This document shows, piece by piece, positions 62,976 through 64,000 of a DNA stretch of 64,000 bases (positions are counted from its first letter, which is position 1; every line of letters starts with the position of its first letter). The notes under the pieces are model-generated. The model was not told the DNA's origin. It saw only the letters and a list, made by a program, of their open reading frames with translations, and did not search any database. This stretch comes from Eledone cirrhosa (Eukaryota). Both the position numbers and the translations under genes were made by a program. The DNA lies in NCBI GenBank assembly GCA_964016885.1, contig OZ024762.1:992001-1056000 (forward strand), in the 5' to 3' direction.

Positions 62976-64000
62976 GTAAGTGAAATTTATTAACATTCAG
63001 TTCATATCTACTTCTAATTCTGTTAAATATATAAGAATATCCACAGTAAAGGAAATCTCTGATCAGAAATGATTCATTCTTTAAAAAACGGGAGGTTCCT
63101 TTTGATTGATTTGCTGTAGTGCACCCGAGCACTGTACACAATAAGTTTCGTTATTTTTATTACATTTAAAGACAGTTTAGGCAACGACTAAAGTATTTTT
63201 GTTTTAAATCTTATGAAGATAACTTTAAGTTAATTTAATTGAAGTGATATTCCGTGAAATAATGTTTCAGATAAATTATAATTTATTGTAGTAGCTGTAT
63301 ATTTTTTTTAATTTAGTATTATTTTCAATACGTCCACACGTGTTACTCTAAATCAGTGATTCCCAACGTGGAAAGTGATATAACTTCCTCTACACATGTT
63401 ATCGTGTATCTGGCAACACCTACCAACAGTTTGTTTACAATTTGGAGTTGATTCTGATCATCGCAGCTTTGTTTAATTAAAGAATTTCTACTTTATATTA
63501 TATAAAATAAAGTACCAGTAATGTACTGGGTAATTTGCTGGCTTTGTGCCAAAAGTAGAAACAATTATATATACAGTAATTACACTTTTACAAAACTCAG
63601 TTTGTTTTTATATCAAAAGGAAACATAAACATTTGTTATATGTTGAGGCGAGGGGCAGAAGGTTTAGGAACTGATCTAAATAGATCATTCCACCAAATAT
63701 AACGAACGTTATTCATTAAATTAAATAAATATACTTACTATTTGTTATCTAGAATTCATTGTTCAGATGTCACGTATTTTATAATAATTATTCTTTCCTT
63801 CGACCTGCAATAAAATATAGGAACTTATTCTAATATAAGGTGGTGAAATGGCGGAATTGTTAAAGACGTCGGATAGCACCTTAAAAAATGAGTTATATTT
63901 GGGGATGTCCTAATATTGCCAATATATAGTAAAATACACTCACTGGTTGGTTTGGTTTTCGCTTCAGTTTATATATATTTTATATAGTTCTATAAATAAT

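Noticed and set aside
62788-63141. 117-aa minus-strand ORF
   Set aside because: Non-ATG start, no motif; antisense to a better-supported plus-strand first exon

Overview
Eukaryotic, AT-rich, microsatellite-saturated genomic DNA. The SINE/RTE repeat families and gene structure suggest an octopod cephalopod (inference). Three complete intron-containing genes were assembled by hand from splice sites and reading frame: UBE4A (minus strand, 18 coding exons, 39358->23395, about 1053 aa), a divergently transcribed HAUS2-like augmin subunit (plus, 6 exons, 40742-44946, 210 aa) and MYCBP/AMY-1 (plus, 5 coding exons, 47938-59031, 105 aa, with a U12-type intron). Two further genes are probably cut by the window edges: a His/Gln-rich exon at 14231->13730 (minus) and a short first exon at 62944-62975 (plus). 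There is also a tRNA-Phe pseudogene. The rest is SINEs, RTE-LINE fragments, MITEs (hAT, piggyBac-like, Tc1/pogo-like), minisatellites and (TA)n/(CA)n/(GGT)n tracts; most ORFs in the supplied track are microsatellite artefacts. The most unusual signal is a set of unrelated fold-back palindromes beside (TA)n tracts. The largest (140-bp arms, 19953-20243) carries a complete minimal type-I hammerhead ribozyme motif on each strand. Another family shows arm-to-arm covariation between copies, consistent with inverted termini of Penelope-like retroelements. All calls are by eye; no database search was run.
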